This document shows, piece by piece, positions 1 through 8,611 of a stretch of 64,000 bases of DNA. This DNA is from a virus. Position 1 is the stretch's first letter; every line of letters begins with the position of its first letter. The stretch spans positions 1-64,000 of IMG/VR virus record IMGVR_UViG_3300047546_002006; one strand, given 5' to 3'. A program made the translations under genes and the position numbers. The notes under the pieces were generated by a model that was not told the DNA's origin, ran no database searches, and saw only the letters and a list, made by a program, of their open reading frames with translations.

Positions 1-85
1 ACCGCAGAAGAGCAGCGTCAGGTCCGAGGGAACCAGGGTTTCTGCTGCTTCCTCTGGTTGGAAAGCGAATGACCTTGCAGGTTGA

Positions 86-352
86 TCACTGTGGGGTCAC
101 ACCCTCCAGCTCGGCGGCGATGGCGAGAAGCGCGGCGCGTGTTTCTTCCCGCTCTTGTTCGACTACTCGCTCGCAACAGTTACCACAAAAGAACTCTGGG
201 TCGTCAATGAGCGGCACCACCTGATCCGCAGCAGCACGCAGGGCGGCGGCGATTTGCTGGCGGCGGCGATCCTCATGGCTTTTGCAGTTGACGGGACTGA
301 GTTGCCAAGCGGCGTCCCAAACAGCTTGCGCGGCGGGAGAGAGGTCAGCCAT
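86..352 (-). CDS. hypothetical cyanophage protein, paralog of 345-590
   Basis: LSPAAQAV...IAAALRAAADQVVP...LLAIAAELEG shared with neighbour; ATG overlaps upstream stop. Confidence 0.75.
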   Translation of the reverse strand: MADLSPAAQAVWDAAWQLSPVNCKSHEDRRRQQIAAALRAAADQVVPLIDDPEFFCGNCCERVVEQEREETRAALLAIAAELEGVTPQ

Positions 353-503
353 CAGCACCCTCCAGCTCGGCGGCAATAGCGAGGAGTTGATGGCGGGTTA
401 CGCGGCGCTGGATCTCATAAGCCCTGGGTGCGCCAGGCACAAAATCACTGTTTTGTTCTTCCGGCACCACCTGATCCGCAGCAGCACGCAGGGCGGCGGC
501 GAT
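212..503. repeat. 42-bp exact direct repeat (212-253 and 462-503)
   Basis: cggcaccacctgatccgcagcagcacgcagggcggcggcgat twice. Confidence 0.95.
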
Positions 504-590
504 GCTGGGGCAATCACGCAGGTCAGGCACAGCACGGAACGCATCCAGCACCGCCTGCGCGGCGGGACTTAGTGAGGTGGGGTTAGTCAT
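345..590 (-). CDS. hypothetical cyanophage protein, paralog of 86-352
   Basis: same three motifs; GC-rich. Confidence 0.75.
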   Translation of the reverse strand: MTNPTSLSPAAQAVLDAFRAVPDLRDCPSIAAALRAAADQVVPEEQNSDFVPGAPRAYEIQRRVTRHQLLAIAAELEGADG

Positions 591-635
591 GATTAAAAAA
601 ACAAACGGGCGTAACCTTCATTGATCCATTGCTCC

Positions 636-1286
636 TCAGCAGATTCCTTCTGCTGATTGAAAGACAGCTTCTCCAATGATTGGGAATTGTTCGCAGAAGA
701 TTTCTTTGATGTGTTCTGCAATGACTCGGTGTTCGAGTTGGGTTCCGTTGTCACAACGTAGTTGTAGGTAATGTATCCACGAACGGAGTGTTCCGTTCAT
801 GTATAGCTTAGTAGGAGTTGCAAGCGGCAGGATGCTACGTGCGCATTCCTTGGCAACACCACTGCTAACCATCTCACGATAAAGGTGTTCAGCATCTTCA
901 AACAGCTGACTGATGCGACGGTAGTAATGGCTGATGTGCTCTGGATCTAGATCATCAATAGAGTTCTGTCTGTTCTTGGTATCTTGCCGACGCAGATGCG
1001 GCATGACACAAGAGCCTAGCTCACTGGTGTCTGCATAACGCTGGCTAAATTCCTGAAAGCTGAAAGAACGATGACGTAATATCTGAGCTGAGATAGCACG
1101 TGTTGTACTGATTTCAATACACATACCAGCCATCTCATATGGACTCCAGTGTTTATGCGTAATGAGATAACGCAATAACTTTGGAGCTGTATCCATGTTG
1201 GATTGATTCTTTGGTGCAGAAACTCGCGCCATATAGGTGATGAGTTCCTCTGCGTTAGGTGTTGCCCAGACCAAGGATACTGTCAT
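636..1286 (-). CDS. thyX: FAD-dependent thymidylate synthase
   Basis: HWSPYE, QILRHRSFSFQEFSQRY, AKECARSILP, TQLEHR motifs. Confidence 0.97.
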   Translation of the reverse strand: MTVSLVWATPNAEELITYMARVSAPKNQSNMDTAPKLLRYLITHKHWSPYEMAGMCIEISTTRAISAQILRHRSFSFQEFSQRYADTSELGSCVMPHLRRQDTKNRQNSIDDLDPEHISHYYRRISQLFEDAEHLYREMVSSGVAKECARSILPLATPTKLYMNGTLRSWIHYLQLRCDNGTQLEHRVIAEHIKEIFCEQFPIIGEAVFQSAEGIC

Positions 1287-1438
1287 TTGGATTCTTCAGT
1301 TTTGTTTTGAGATTCAATGCCAGCTTTATAGCCAAAGCTATAGGCAGTACTTACCAGGTAACGAACAACCTCATTTTGTTGTTTAAGTTTGTAATCTTTT
1401 GCCATAGCAATAATTTCATTGAAAGTTGTTTCGTCCAT
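1283..1438 (-). CDS. hypothetical protein (51 aa, below ORF-track cutoff)
   Basis: MDETTFNEII...; fills gap, ATGA overlap with thyX. Confidence 0.6.
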   Translation of the reverse strand: MDETTFNEIIAMAKDYKLKQQNEVVRYLVSTAYSFGYKAGIESQNKTEESK

Positions 1439-1456
1439 GGTTTGAAATAAAATCGG

Positions 1457-1753
1457 TTATTCCCCTGGAACATTAACAGAGGAGGTCAGCTTGGCAAGTT
1501 CATCAATAGGACAGATGCGATGTCTCGCATGAACCATTGGAGACTTGAGGTGGTCCCATTGAATAACAAGAAATTTAGTGCGTGCACCATTCTTGTTTAA
1601 TTTGGTTTCATAACCAAGGACTGTGCCATAACGCTGACTGCGATTACGTTTAGCAATCTCCAATGATTCTGGCCTAACGGCCATTAATGCATGTGCCTTG
1701 GGACGCTCTGCGACACGATCACCAATTTGAAAACTGTATTGTTTCTTGGTCAT
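1457..1753 (-). CDS. hypothetical protein, SH3/KOW-like start
   Basis: FQIGDRV...RYGTV; start trimmed to MTKKQ. Confidence 0.7.
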   Translation of the reverse strand: MTKKQYSFQIGDRVAERPKAHALMAVRPESLEIAKRNRSQRYGTVLGYETKLNKNGARTKFLVIQWDHLKSPMVHARHRICPIDELAKLTSSVNVPGE

Positions 1754-2097
1754 TAAACATGCCTCCAAGCTTTGCGGTTGACAATGCGTGATGTGTAAGA
1801 TGTACTGATTCCATATTTGTCTGCAATTGATTTCAGGGTTTGCCCTTCTTCAAATAGCAGACGCATCATATGGATATCAGCTTCTGTAAATACAGAAGAT
1901 CCATGGGATGAACCACGAGCAATTTTACCTGGCCTTGGTTTGCCAAACGCAGGGCCAGGCTTTGGTTTTTCATACTGCTCAACAGTACGAAACTTAGCGC
2001 CACAATCAAGACACCGACAATAACGCTTGGTAAATTTGTCGTAGTGATCAGTGCATGTAACGCGTGTGTTCGTGCTGTTGCATTCACGACACCTCAT
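1753..2097 (-). CDS. Zn-ribbon (NrdR/Ogr-like) plus C-terminal HTH protein
   Basis: MRCRECNS..TRV, RCLDCGAKFRTVE; LKSIADKYGISTSYTSRIVNRKAWRHV. Confidence 0.75.
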   Translation of the reverse strand: MRCRECNSTNTRVTCTDHYDKFTKRYCRCLDCGAKFRTVEQYEKPKPGPAFGKPRPGKIARGSSHGSSVFTEADIHMMRLLFEEGQTLKSIADKYGISTSYTSRIVNRKAWRHV

Positions 2098-2411
2098 GCA
2101 AAATCACCTGTTCTAATTTTGTCTAGTTGTAAACGATCAAGAAGATTAACAGTAGCTTCAATACCAGAAATTTTAATAAGGTCAATGATAAGTTCTTTAC
2201 CCATCATTGGAATGTCATAGTAATTGTCAAGGATGATTTCTGCTTTCTCAAAACCATCAGGCTCGCCTGTTAATTTGGTTAATACATCAGATGTCATGTT
2301 GTCTACAAAGTATTCAACAATAGCTGTCTTGACAATGTCCCAAGTGTGAGATGGAATGTGTTGAACGATTTGATCAACAAGATCAAGATCGATAAGTTCA
2401 GTAGTTGACAT
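2094..2411 (-). CDS. hypothetical protein
   Basis: ORF in operon, ATGA overlap. Confidence 0.7.
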   Translation of the reverse strand: MSTTELIDLDLVDQIVQHIPSHTWDIVKTAIVEYFVDNMTSDVLTKLTGEPDGFEKAEIILDNYYDIPMMGKELIIDLIKISGIEATVNLLDRLQLDKIRTGDFA

Positions 2412-2439
2412 AAAGAAAGGCCCCTGGAAAACCAGGGGC
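2412..2439 (-). terminator. terminator-like hairpin abutting start codon
   Basis: GCCCCTGG-TTTT-CCAGGGGC-CTTTCTTT-ATG. Confidence 0.55.
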
Positions 2440-2456
2440 GTAGTTGCGTTCAGAGA

Positions 2457-2819
2457 TTAGGCAGGCTGTGCGTCTGTGTCCACGATGCTGCTCAAAACGC
2501 CAGCATCTTGTAACTTTTGAAGCATACCAACCATGATTGAGGCATGGGTCTGAGTCTGCTCCATGAAGTGCTTGGCACGTTCAGCAGACATGGTATGGAC
2601 GTTGCCATTGGGCTCCACGTAACGCCAGCTGCCATCAGGCTGAGGCTCGCCTTGGAGGGCAAGGCGCTCTGAGTTGTGGACGTACCTAAACTCGATGTTG
2701 TGGTAGTCCTGGAGGTTATCAGTGCCAGTCCATGTAGCACCTACGTTGTAACGATTGTCATCGTCAGCGTAGGCATGGAACTGAGGAATGATGTGCTTGA
2801 GTGCAGCAAAGATTGACAT
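2457..2819 (-). CDS. hypothetical protein
   Basis: ORF with CAACT-type leader. Confidence 0.75.
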   Translation of the reverse strand: MSIFAALKHIIPQFHAYADDDNRYNVGATWTGTDNLQDYHNIEFRYVHNSERLALQGEPQPDGSWRYVEPNGNVHTMSAERAKHFMEQTQTHASIMVGMLQKLQDAGVLSSIVDTDAQPA

Positions 2820-2839
2820 GATGTTGAAGTTGAGTGTGT

Positions 2840-2925
2840 TGGTAGGGACAGAGAGACTTGAACTCTCACAGCCAATGGCTTACGGATTTTAAGTCCGTTG
2901 CGTCTACCGATTCCGCCATGTCCCC
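2840..2925 (-). tRNA. trnL: tRNA-Leu(UAA), intronless, CCA encoded
   Basis: GGGGACA/TGTCCCT acceptor, CT-TAA-AA anticodon loop, long variable arm, GTTCAAGTC T-loop, ACCA end. Confidence 0.96.
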
Positions 2926-2942
2926 ATGAGTCACATCTTAAC

Positions 2943-3917
2943 TCATAAACCAAGATACGATCTGATCTGTTGTTGTAAAAATTGAGATGCCGTTGGAAGA
3001 TTCTCTTTAACTTTTTGAATGCCGGCTGCCTGTGCTGTGCCTGTTAAAAAGTTCATTGCAATAGGTTCATCATGATACATTTGTACACGACGAACATTGG
3101 TTGGATCAACAATTGCTTTTGTACCACGAATTTCTGCAATAGGTTGTGCAACCCAATCAACTCTTCCAACTTTTGGATTGATTCGAACATTAAAACGTTC
3201 GGTATCATTGACAGGAATGTTGCCTTCATACTTAAGTACATCAGGGCGTTGTTGGGAAATAATGCGATAGTCAGGATCAACATCAAGTAATTCAAATGAT
3301 GGATTGTATTGAGTTGGTGATTGTCTCGTAGTCAAATCAAAAGCACGATAACCCCCTGGAGATTGATAAAGCCTGAGTGTTGATTGTGGATTTTGTGATA
3401 GATAATTTTGAATGCGATCTTCAACGTCACCTAAATGACGTATTGTTGCATTGCGTTCAGCATGATAAGGACCAGCAACATCCCAATCCATCATTGGTGT
3501 GTCTTTAAATCCCACAAACTCTTGGATTACACCTGGAGAAGATGGAGTGGGACGTGCTTGATTGGATGGAATTTTATGTTGGCGTTTGTAATAAACACCT
3601 GGCTCTAACACATAATGTGTTGTTGGGTATTTAAGTGTTTCAGAAAGATTAGATGTAATGCCAATAGATCCAAGGATCTTATCTAGTTCATAAGCACCAG
3701 AATCAATTTGTTGTTGTAATGCTCTTTGAGCAAATTGCTGTGACTTATGTAGAGCTTGGGTTAGATCACCATTGTTTTGACGATTAACAATTGTTTCAGG
3801 ATCAATTACAAAACGTTGTTTTGACTGTGCAAATAACTCATCAAACAACTGTTGTTTTGTTACATTAGATGGACCTGGATTAACAATCCTGCCGATACTT
3901 TTTAAAACGCCGTTCAT
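2943..3917 (-). CDS. protein with C-terminal AEP (primase-polymerase superfamily)-like domain
   Basis: MMDWD, LRLYQSPGGYRAF, LDVDPDY, FNVRINPK, terminal HD. Confidence 0.5.
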   Translation of the reverse strand: MNGVLKSIGRIVNPGPSNVTKQQLFDELFAQSKQRFVIDPETIVNRQNNGDLTQALHKSQQFAQRALQQQIDSGAYELDKILGSIGITSNLSETLKYPTTHYVLEPGVYYKRQHKIPSNQARPTPSSPGVIQEFVGFKDTPMMDWDVAGPYHAERNATIRHLGDVEDRIQNYLSQNPQSTLRLYQSPGGYRAFDLTTRQSPTQYNPSFELLDVDPDYRIISQQRPDVLKYEGNIPVNDTERFNVRINPKVGRVDWVAQPIAEIRGTKAIVDPTNVRRVQMYHDEPIAMNFLTGTAQAAGIQKVKENLPTASQFLQQQIRSYLGL

Positions 3918-4049
3918 ATCTATTTAATGCTTTGTGTTTTAAATGTAGGCAGCGATTGTACTCATCTTGTTTCTGCTGGTAAGCAAACTGCCAACAAAGT
4001 TTTTCTAAAACCTGGAACAAAGAATATGATTGTTCCAAAAGATCTTTTG

Positions 4050-4262
4050 TCATTTTACTTCAGTTGAATTGATTTCTACTGACGTTGAACGCCAGGTGTG
4101 GTCATGAGGTAATGGCTCAGTGCCATAACTCCATGTATCGTAGTCATCCTCATTGCGAGGATCATCTTCAATCAAGATGTACTGTGGTGAATTGTCATGA
4201 ATGTACTCACCAATGTTGGCCATGGCCATGGCAAGTAGTTGTTCGTCAGTGAAGTCAGACAT
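4050..4262 (-). CDS. hypothetical acidic protein
   Basis: start trimmed to MSDFTD after hairpin. Confidence 0.65.
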   Translation of the reverse strand: MSDFTDEQLLAMAMANIGEYIHDNSPQYILIEDDPRNEDDYDTWSYGTEPLPHDHTWRSTSVEINSTEVK

Positions 4263-4305
4263 AAAGAAATGGACCTGCCCCTTAACGAGGATAGGACAGG
4301 TCCAT
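4263..4305 (-). terminator. terminator-like hairpin abutting start codon
   Basis: ATGGACCTGTCC...GGGCAGGTCCAT-TTCTTT-ATG. Confidence 0.55.
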
Positions 4306-4312
4306 GTTGGCT

Positions 4313-6088
4313 TCAACGTTCTGATTTTAGTTGCTCATCACGAATGCGCAATGCGTTGCTAAACACTTGCGTGTAAATGTTACGTTCTGTATCGCTGAGT
4401 CTGGTGTTGGCAAAACCAACAATCTGCTCAACAGACATGACACCCATGTTGACCTTGAGCTGAATGGTAAACGTAGGCTTGCCATTCAACATACCAAGGA
4501 CAATGAAGTGTTGCTTCTTACGTACACCTTCGGCATACGATGCAGCATTGCCAACGCAATTGCGTACGGCCTGGCCCCATTGCGCAAGTTGATGTGTATC
4601 AATGGGCTGGAAGAATGACCAGTTGTCATCTTGATAAGTAACCTTGACAGGTTGTGGGAATAGATCTTGTGGTAGTGAGTGATTTGGATTCTGAATTTTC
4701 CATGATTCTGCTTGCACATGATCATGGAATTCTGTGATGCGCCAACGACGTGGCGGATCAATTGTCTTGCCGTTATCAAAGATACGAGCAAGCATTGAGA
4801 ATGTGTCGTTGAGTTCATTGAATCGGAACAGCCAATGGTCAGTGTCCTCATCCCAATCCCAACGACGACGCCTTTCTGATGCAGCAGTAGATTCTGCTAC
4901 TTTGTCTGTATAGTATTTGTTCATGATCTGAAACAATGATGCAACAGGCATGTGCTCACGCAACCATGCTTTGCACAGAGGAACGTCTGGCTCATAGAGA
5001 CGACGGATGCCAAGCAGTACATCAAGATGATTCTGATAGTAATCAATTGGAGTATCAGGCCAGATGCGATTGATTGTACTAATTGCATCTGCCAGTTGAT
5101 AGATGCGTTGTATTGGTACAACAATACTTTTACGTGTACAGTTGTCTGGATCATGGAATCGTTGCGTGGCTAAATCGCATTGCAATTGAATCCACTTACG
5201 AAAGAATGGTGTACTTAGAATCTTTTTGCTATCACAAATAGAACGGATACCAACATAACCATAGCCAATGTCGTTTGTATGACATACATCAATTAATTCA
5301 AAGAATGTATCAGATGTCAGCTGCCAATTGTCAAGTGTCATCTGATATTTCTCTTGGCAGATATCAAAGTACTTATCTTTGTATTTACCAGAGATACGTT
5401 CAAACAATACTTTGAATAGATCATTACCAATACGTAGACGCTCAAAGCTATTGACTGAATCATCCCATGTAGGTACAGATGCAAATAGCTGTTTGTCAAA
5501 TCGACGCACAGCTTCGCCCATCAGTCTGCCCTTCTGGCCGTAGCTATTGCACATAGACCATGGACGATCACGCCATCTCTCTGATTGTTGAATAAATTCC
5601 TTGGTGACATATACAGTCTTAATAAGGTAATCGCTGCGACCAACAGTTTCACGCAAGAATGTAGTGTCTGACACAATACTGTGCATCAACATCTTGCGTG
5701 TTGTTGCAGTGTCCTTGTAACAATGTGTATAGGCGTAGATGTATTCAGATTCCTTGCCCTTAGGCGGCAGCCATGCTGCTACCCATAAACCTTCCCAGTG
5801 ATAGATCACTGCATGTGTGATGTATTCAACATCGGGTATGGTGCCAACAGGCATACGGAATTCATGGAAACGCTCTGGTGCAGGATTAGCATTGATGTCA
5901 TCAATTGCACCTTCATACAATGAAGAACGCACCACATCGTTTGGTATCAGGACTGGTGGCAGTCCAACAGGATACTTAGGTTTCTTAGTCTTAGATGTTT
6001 GAGCTTTCTCTTGCCGTGCCAACTTCTTAAGCGTTGGATCGTAGGCAAGCAGCTCAGTTTGCAGGTTAGTAGGGAGTTGGAATTGCAT
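4313..6088 (-). CDS. PcfJ-like domain protein
   Basis: C-terminal LAQWGQAVRNCVG..Y, PTFTIQL, EQIVGFAN. Confidence 0.75.
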   Translation of the reverse strand: MQFQLPTNLQTELLAYDPTLKKLARQEKAQTSKTKKPKYPVGLPPVLIPNDVVRSSLYEGAIDDINANPAPERFHEFRMPVGTIPDVEYITHAVIYHWEGLWVAAWLPPKGKESEYIYAYTHCYKDTATTRKMLMHSIVSDTTFLRETVGRSDYLIKTVYVTKEFIQQSERWRDRPWSMCNSYGQKGRLMGEAVRRFDKQLFASVPTWDDSVNSFERLRIGNDLFKVLFERISGKYKDKYFDICQEKYQMTLDNWQLTSDTFFELIDVCHTNDIGYGYVGIRSICDSKKILSTPFFRKWIQLQCDLATQRFHDPDNCTRKSIVVPIQRIYQLADAISTINRIWPDTPIDYYQNHLDVLLGIRRLYEPDVPLCKAWLREHMPVASLFQIMNKYYTDKVAESTAASERRRRWDWDEDTDHWLFRFNELNDTFSMLARIFDNGKTIDPPRRWRITEFHDHVQAESWKIQNPNHSLPQDLFPQPVKVTYQDDNWSFFQPIDTHQLAQWGQAVRNCVGNAASYAEGVRKKQHFIVLGMLNGKPTFTIQLKVNMGVMSVEQIVGFANTRLSDTERNIYTQVFSNALRIRDEQLKSER

Positions 6089-6116
6089 GGTAGGTTCAGG
6101 GTTTAGTTCAGGGTAG

Positions 6117-6145
6117 TGAGCAGTTTAACGTCATGCTCAGGACGG
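6117..6145 (-). ncRNA. H-type pseudoknot leader element, copy 1
   Basis: cCGTC-c-TGAGCA-t-GACG-ttaaac-TGCTCA; 28/29 identical to 10080-10108. Confidence 0.65.
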
Positions 6146-6149
6146 ATGA

Positions 6150-6410
6150 TCAATCTAAATACCAGTCGGAGGTATCGACGAGTTGCCAGTCAAGATCGAG
6201 GTGAGCAAGATACTCGCAGAACCCATCTTCATCAACAGGGATTGATTCTTCTGGATCCAGAGTAAAACTTGCTGAACACAATGCTGGAGCGTACTCAGCA
6301 GGGTCTTCATGGCTGCCTTTATAGATGCAGCGCATGTCATTAACCACTGCTTCAACTGTGACATTGTTGTTCTTGATGGTGGTGGATTCGACAGCAAGGA
6401 TGTAAGTCAT
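6150..6410 (-). CDS. hypothetical protein
   Basis: start trimmed to MTYILAV, TGATG overlap. Confidence 0.7.
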   Translation of the reverse strand: MTYILAVESTTIKNNNVTVEAVVNDMRCIYKGSHEDPAEYAPALCSASFTLDPEESIPVDEDGFCEYLAHLDLDWQLVDTSDWYLD

Positions 6411-6595
6411 CAGTGGTTCTCTACGTACTGGTACTTCTTGGAAATGATGCAACGATACTTGTTCCAATGACGAGCAGTTTCATACTCGTCAATGAATCGT
6501 TCTTTGTTGCATACGTTTTGTTCGGCACGCTTCATTGCACAATGTGCAAGGTTAATGCGGTCGAACAAAGTAAGTTCATCAATTAATGCAGACAT
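6410..6595 (-). CDS. hypothetical protein
   Basis: CAACTCAACTC-ATG leader. Confidence 0.7.
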   Translation of the reverse strand: MSALIDELTLFDRINLAHCAMKRAEQNVCNKERFIDEYETARHWNKYRCIISKKYQYVENH

Positions 6596-6619
6596 GAGTT
6601 GAGTTGCAATGGGAATTTG

Positions 6620-6679
6620 GCCTGGGACTTACACTGTATCTTTCTGTGCTATGTGCACAGCGATTACAGATGCCCAGGC
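6620..6679 (-). ncRNA. long interrupted intergenic hairpin
   Basis: GCCTGGG..CTGT..CTGTGC/GCACAG..ACAG..CCCAGGC just after stop codon. Confidence 0.5.
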
Positions 6680-6680
6680 A

Positions 6681-6878
6681 TTAGAACAGTCTGATGTTGC
6701 GCTTGCTAATACCAGTGCCTGGGATACTGATCGATCCAAGGACACCAGACTTGCGTGCATTCAACGTTAGTTGGAATGGACCAAGTTGAAATGATTTGGT
6801 GTAGGACTTAACACCATGTTCAGTGATGTTAAATCCTGCAATTGTTTTGTCAAAGTTTAATGGAGATTTCTGAGTCAT
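6681..6878 (-). CDS. DUF4236-like small protein
   Basis: KSFQLGPFQLTLN..SISIPGTGIS. Confidence 0.55.
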   Translation of the reverse strand: MTQKSPLNFDKTIAGFNITEHGVKSYTKSFQLGPFQLTLNARKSGVLGSISIPGTGISKRNIRLF

Positions 6879-7200
6879 GTTTGAGTTTTGTAATGAGTTG
6901 TTCAATTTCAAGTTCAGTACCAGTAATAGATACTGTCACTGATACTTTCTTAGGTTTAGGTCTACGTGCATTACGCAGATCACGTACAGAAGAATTCCTT
7001 TGGAACTTAGTGCCGCATACAGAATTTGATTGAAATAATCTGCAGCACTCTTCTAATTCCTGATCTGCGCCCCACTGGGCAGCAGTAATTGCAATAAGCT
7101 CAATTAGTTCATAATGTTTGACTTTGGTGTCATACCAAGTATTTAACCAATTCTTTATAAGTTCAGGCGATGGTTTAATTGGGTGCTGTTGATTAATCAT
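6850..7200 (-). CDS. hypothetical cyanophage protein
   Basis: HPIKPSPEL..AAQWGADQELEECC..LRNARRPKP. Confidence 0.65.
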   Translation of the reverse strand: MINQQHPIKPSPELIKNWLNTWYDTKVKHYELIELIAITAAQWGADQELEECCRLFQSNSVCGTKFQRNSSVRDLRNARRPKPKKVSVTVSITGTELEIEQLITKLKHDSEISIKL

Positions 7201-7495
7201 TGTCATTGAATGCTTCAGCGAGTACAAACTTGAGATGGAAATACTCTTGATCTTTATCTGTCGCTGGATGGTAACGAGCATGGAACCCACCACTACCAAT
7301 AGATTCAAGCTTGATTGCTTCACGTAATAAATGTGAAGCAGCAGCTTTCAATCGTGGTATGGATGGAAGTTCCAGTCCATTACCTCTAGTTGTTTGCCAG
7401 CGCCAGTCAAGAGCTGTCATTGCAGCATGGACTTTAATGAAGTCAAATGCTTCAATAACTTCCATGATTAATTCTTCATGAACATTAGATGTCAT
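7193..7495 (-). CDS. conserved phage hypothetical protein
   Basis: FDFIKVHAAMTALDWRW..SGGF. Confidence 0.7.
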   Translation of the reverse strand: MTSNVHEELIMEVIEAFDFIKVHAAMTALDWRWQTTRGNGLELPSIPRLKAAASHLLREAIKLESIGSGGFHARYHPATDKDQEYFHLKFVLAEAFNDND

Positions 7496-7695
7496 TGGAG
7501 TTCATCAGGCATGAGGTACTGAACATCATCATCTTCCATATTTGTCATTACAAATTTCTCTCCATTGGGGGCAATGAAGCCCCCAATGAATCCAACGCCA
7601 TGTTTATCTGCTGATTCCTTCATGCGTGCAACAAGTTGCATAGCAGCAAGACGTTGGTTGTCAATGGAATCAGGAATGCGTGGTTTGTCGGACAT
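7492..7695 (-). CDS. hypothetical protein
   Basis: ORF in operon, ATGA overlap. Confidence 0.7.
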   Translation of the reverse strand: MSDKPRIPDSIDNQRLAAMQLVARMKESADKHGVGFIGGFIAPNGEKFVMTNMEDDDVQYLMPDELQ

Positions 7696-7806
7696 TTGAT
7701 GTGTGATTTGTAGAGTGAATTGAAGTTGGGTCTGAGACCTGGTCAGTCTACCCCGGATGTCAAGTCCAGGGTAGAGCTACAGATTCTCTTAATGTTTCGT
7801 AGTGAT

Positions 7807-8097
7807 TTACTTGTGCATCTCCTGGTGCTGTTGCCATGCAGCAGTGTGCATCTCATCAGCAGTCATGGGTGGTTCAGTGATTTCATCATCTGAATAATCA
7901 ACATCTAATTCATTGTCAAGCATGGGGATAATCTCATCGGTTAACAATGAGTACATGCTTGGTGTTAGATGTTGATCCATCTCATGACGTTTATCCTCAC
8001 GAGCAATGATGTCTTTGAGGATTGTCAATGCTTGTTGTACATGGACATACTCATTCTTAGTCCATGTAATCTCTGGGTACTTCTGTTGTTGATTCAT
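7807..8097 (-). CDS. hypothetical protein
   Basis: start trimmed to MNQQQ. Confidence 0.7.
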   Translation of the reverse strand: MNQQQKYPEITWTKNEYVHVQQALTILKDIIAREDKRHEMDQHLTPSMYSLLTDEIIPMLDNELDVDYSDDEITEPPMTADEMHTAAWQQHQEMHK

Positions 8098-8154
8098 GGT
8101 TAGTGTGTGGAATGAATGGTATGTATCTAATAGAAATATAAGTGTGCTCCTGGT

Positions 8155-8330
8155 ACTCCTTTCGGGGGTGCAGGGGGTAGGCCAACGAAGCTGTGGTGAT
8201 TTGCTGTGATGGTTAATAACCACACATAGTTAAACACTGTGTTTACCACACTTCGTGTCTGGCATTACCCTGTGCATTCTCTATTCGCGAATAGCGAATA
8301 ATGCTACCGTTATATAAGCTGAGCTTATAT
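8155..8330 (+). ncRNA. highly structured non-coding element (ncRNA or ssDNA structure)
   Basis: long imperfect stem 8169-8199/8243-8276 with inner hairpins; G-T pairs only on + strand; palindromes at 8281-8294 and 8312-8330. Confidence 0.45.
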
Positions 8331-8335
8331 GTTGG

Positions 8336-8611
8336 TTACATGTTACCTTGCGGTTTCTCTGGATCAAGCATGATCCAACCGGTGTATCGAAACGCTGTAC
8401 GATCCACGCGTATTAATCCGTATTCTTCCAGACGTCTTAATGCATGTAGATAGTCTCTAATCCTGGTGGATTGCATCGGAAGCTTTGGTACAAAACACGG
8501 TGTGTTTCTATGTTTCTTCCTGTGATTCAGGAAGTAGAACCAAAGATTCCGTTGGTTGATTGATAGCTTGATCTTTGGGTCAAGCTTGGGCAAATCCAGT
8601 TGGCTTGGCAC
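8336..8611 (-). CDS. winged-helix DNA-binding protein
   Basis: LSINQRNLW..YLHALRRLEEYGLIRVDR; GTG start assumed. Confidence 0.55.
   Translation of the reverse strand: MPSQLDLPKLDPKIKLSINQRNLWFYFLNHRKKHRNTPCFVPKLPMQSTRIRDYLHALRRLEEYGLIRVDRTAFRYTGWIMLDPEKPQGNM

Noticed and set aside
2840-2925. Group I intron or attP role for tRNA-Leu(UAA)
   Set aside because: Anticodon loop uninterrupted; no duplicated 3' end or intact integrase seen
6117-6145. Pistol ribozyme
   Set aside because: Resembles P1 plus the UUAAA linker only; P2, P3 and the cleavage site are absent
7745-7775. TTGACA promoter in hairpin loop
   Set aside because: No -10 at 16-18 bp; treated as a one-off intergenic hairpin
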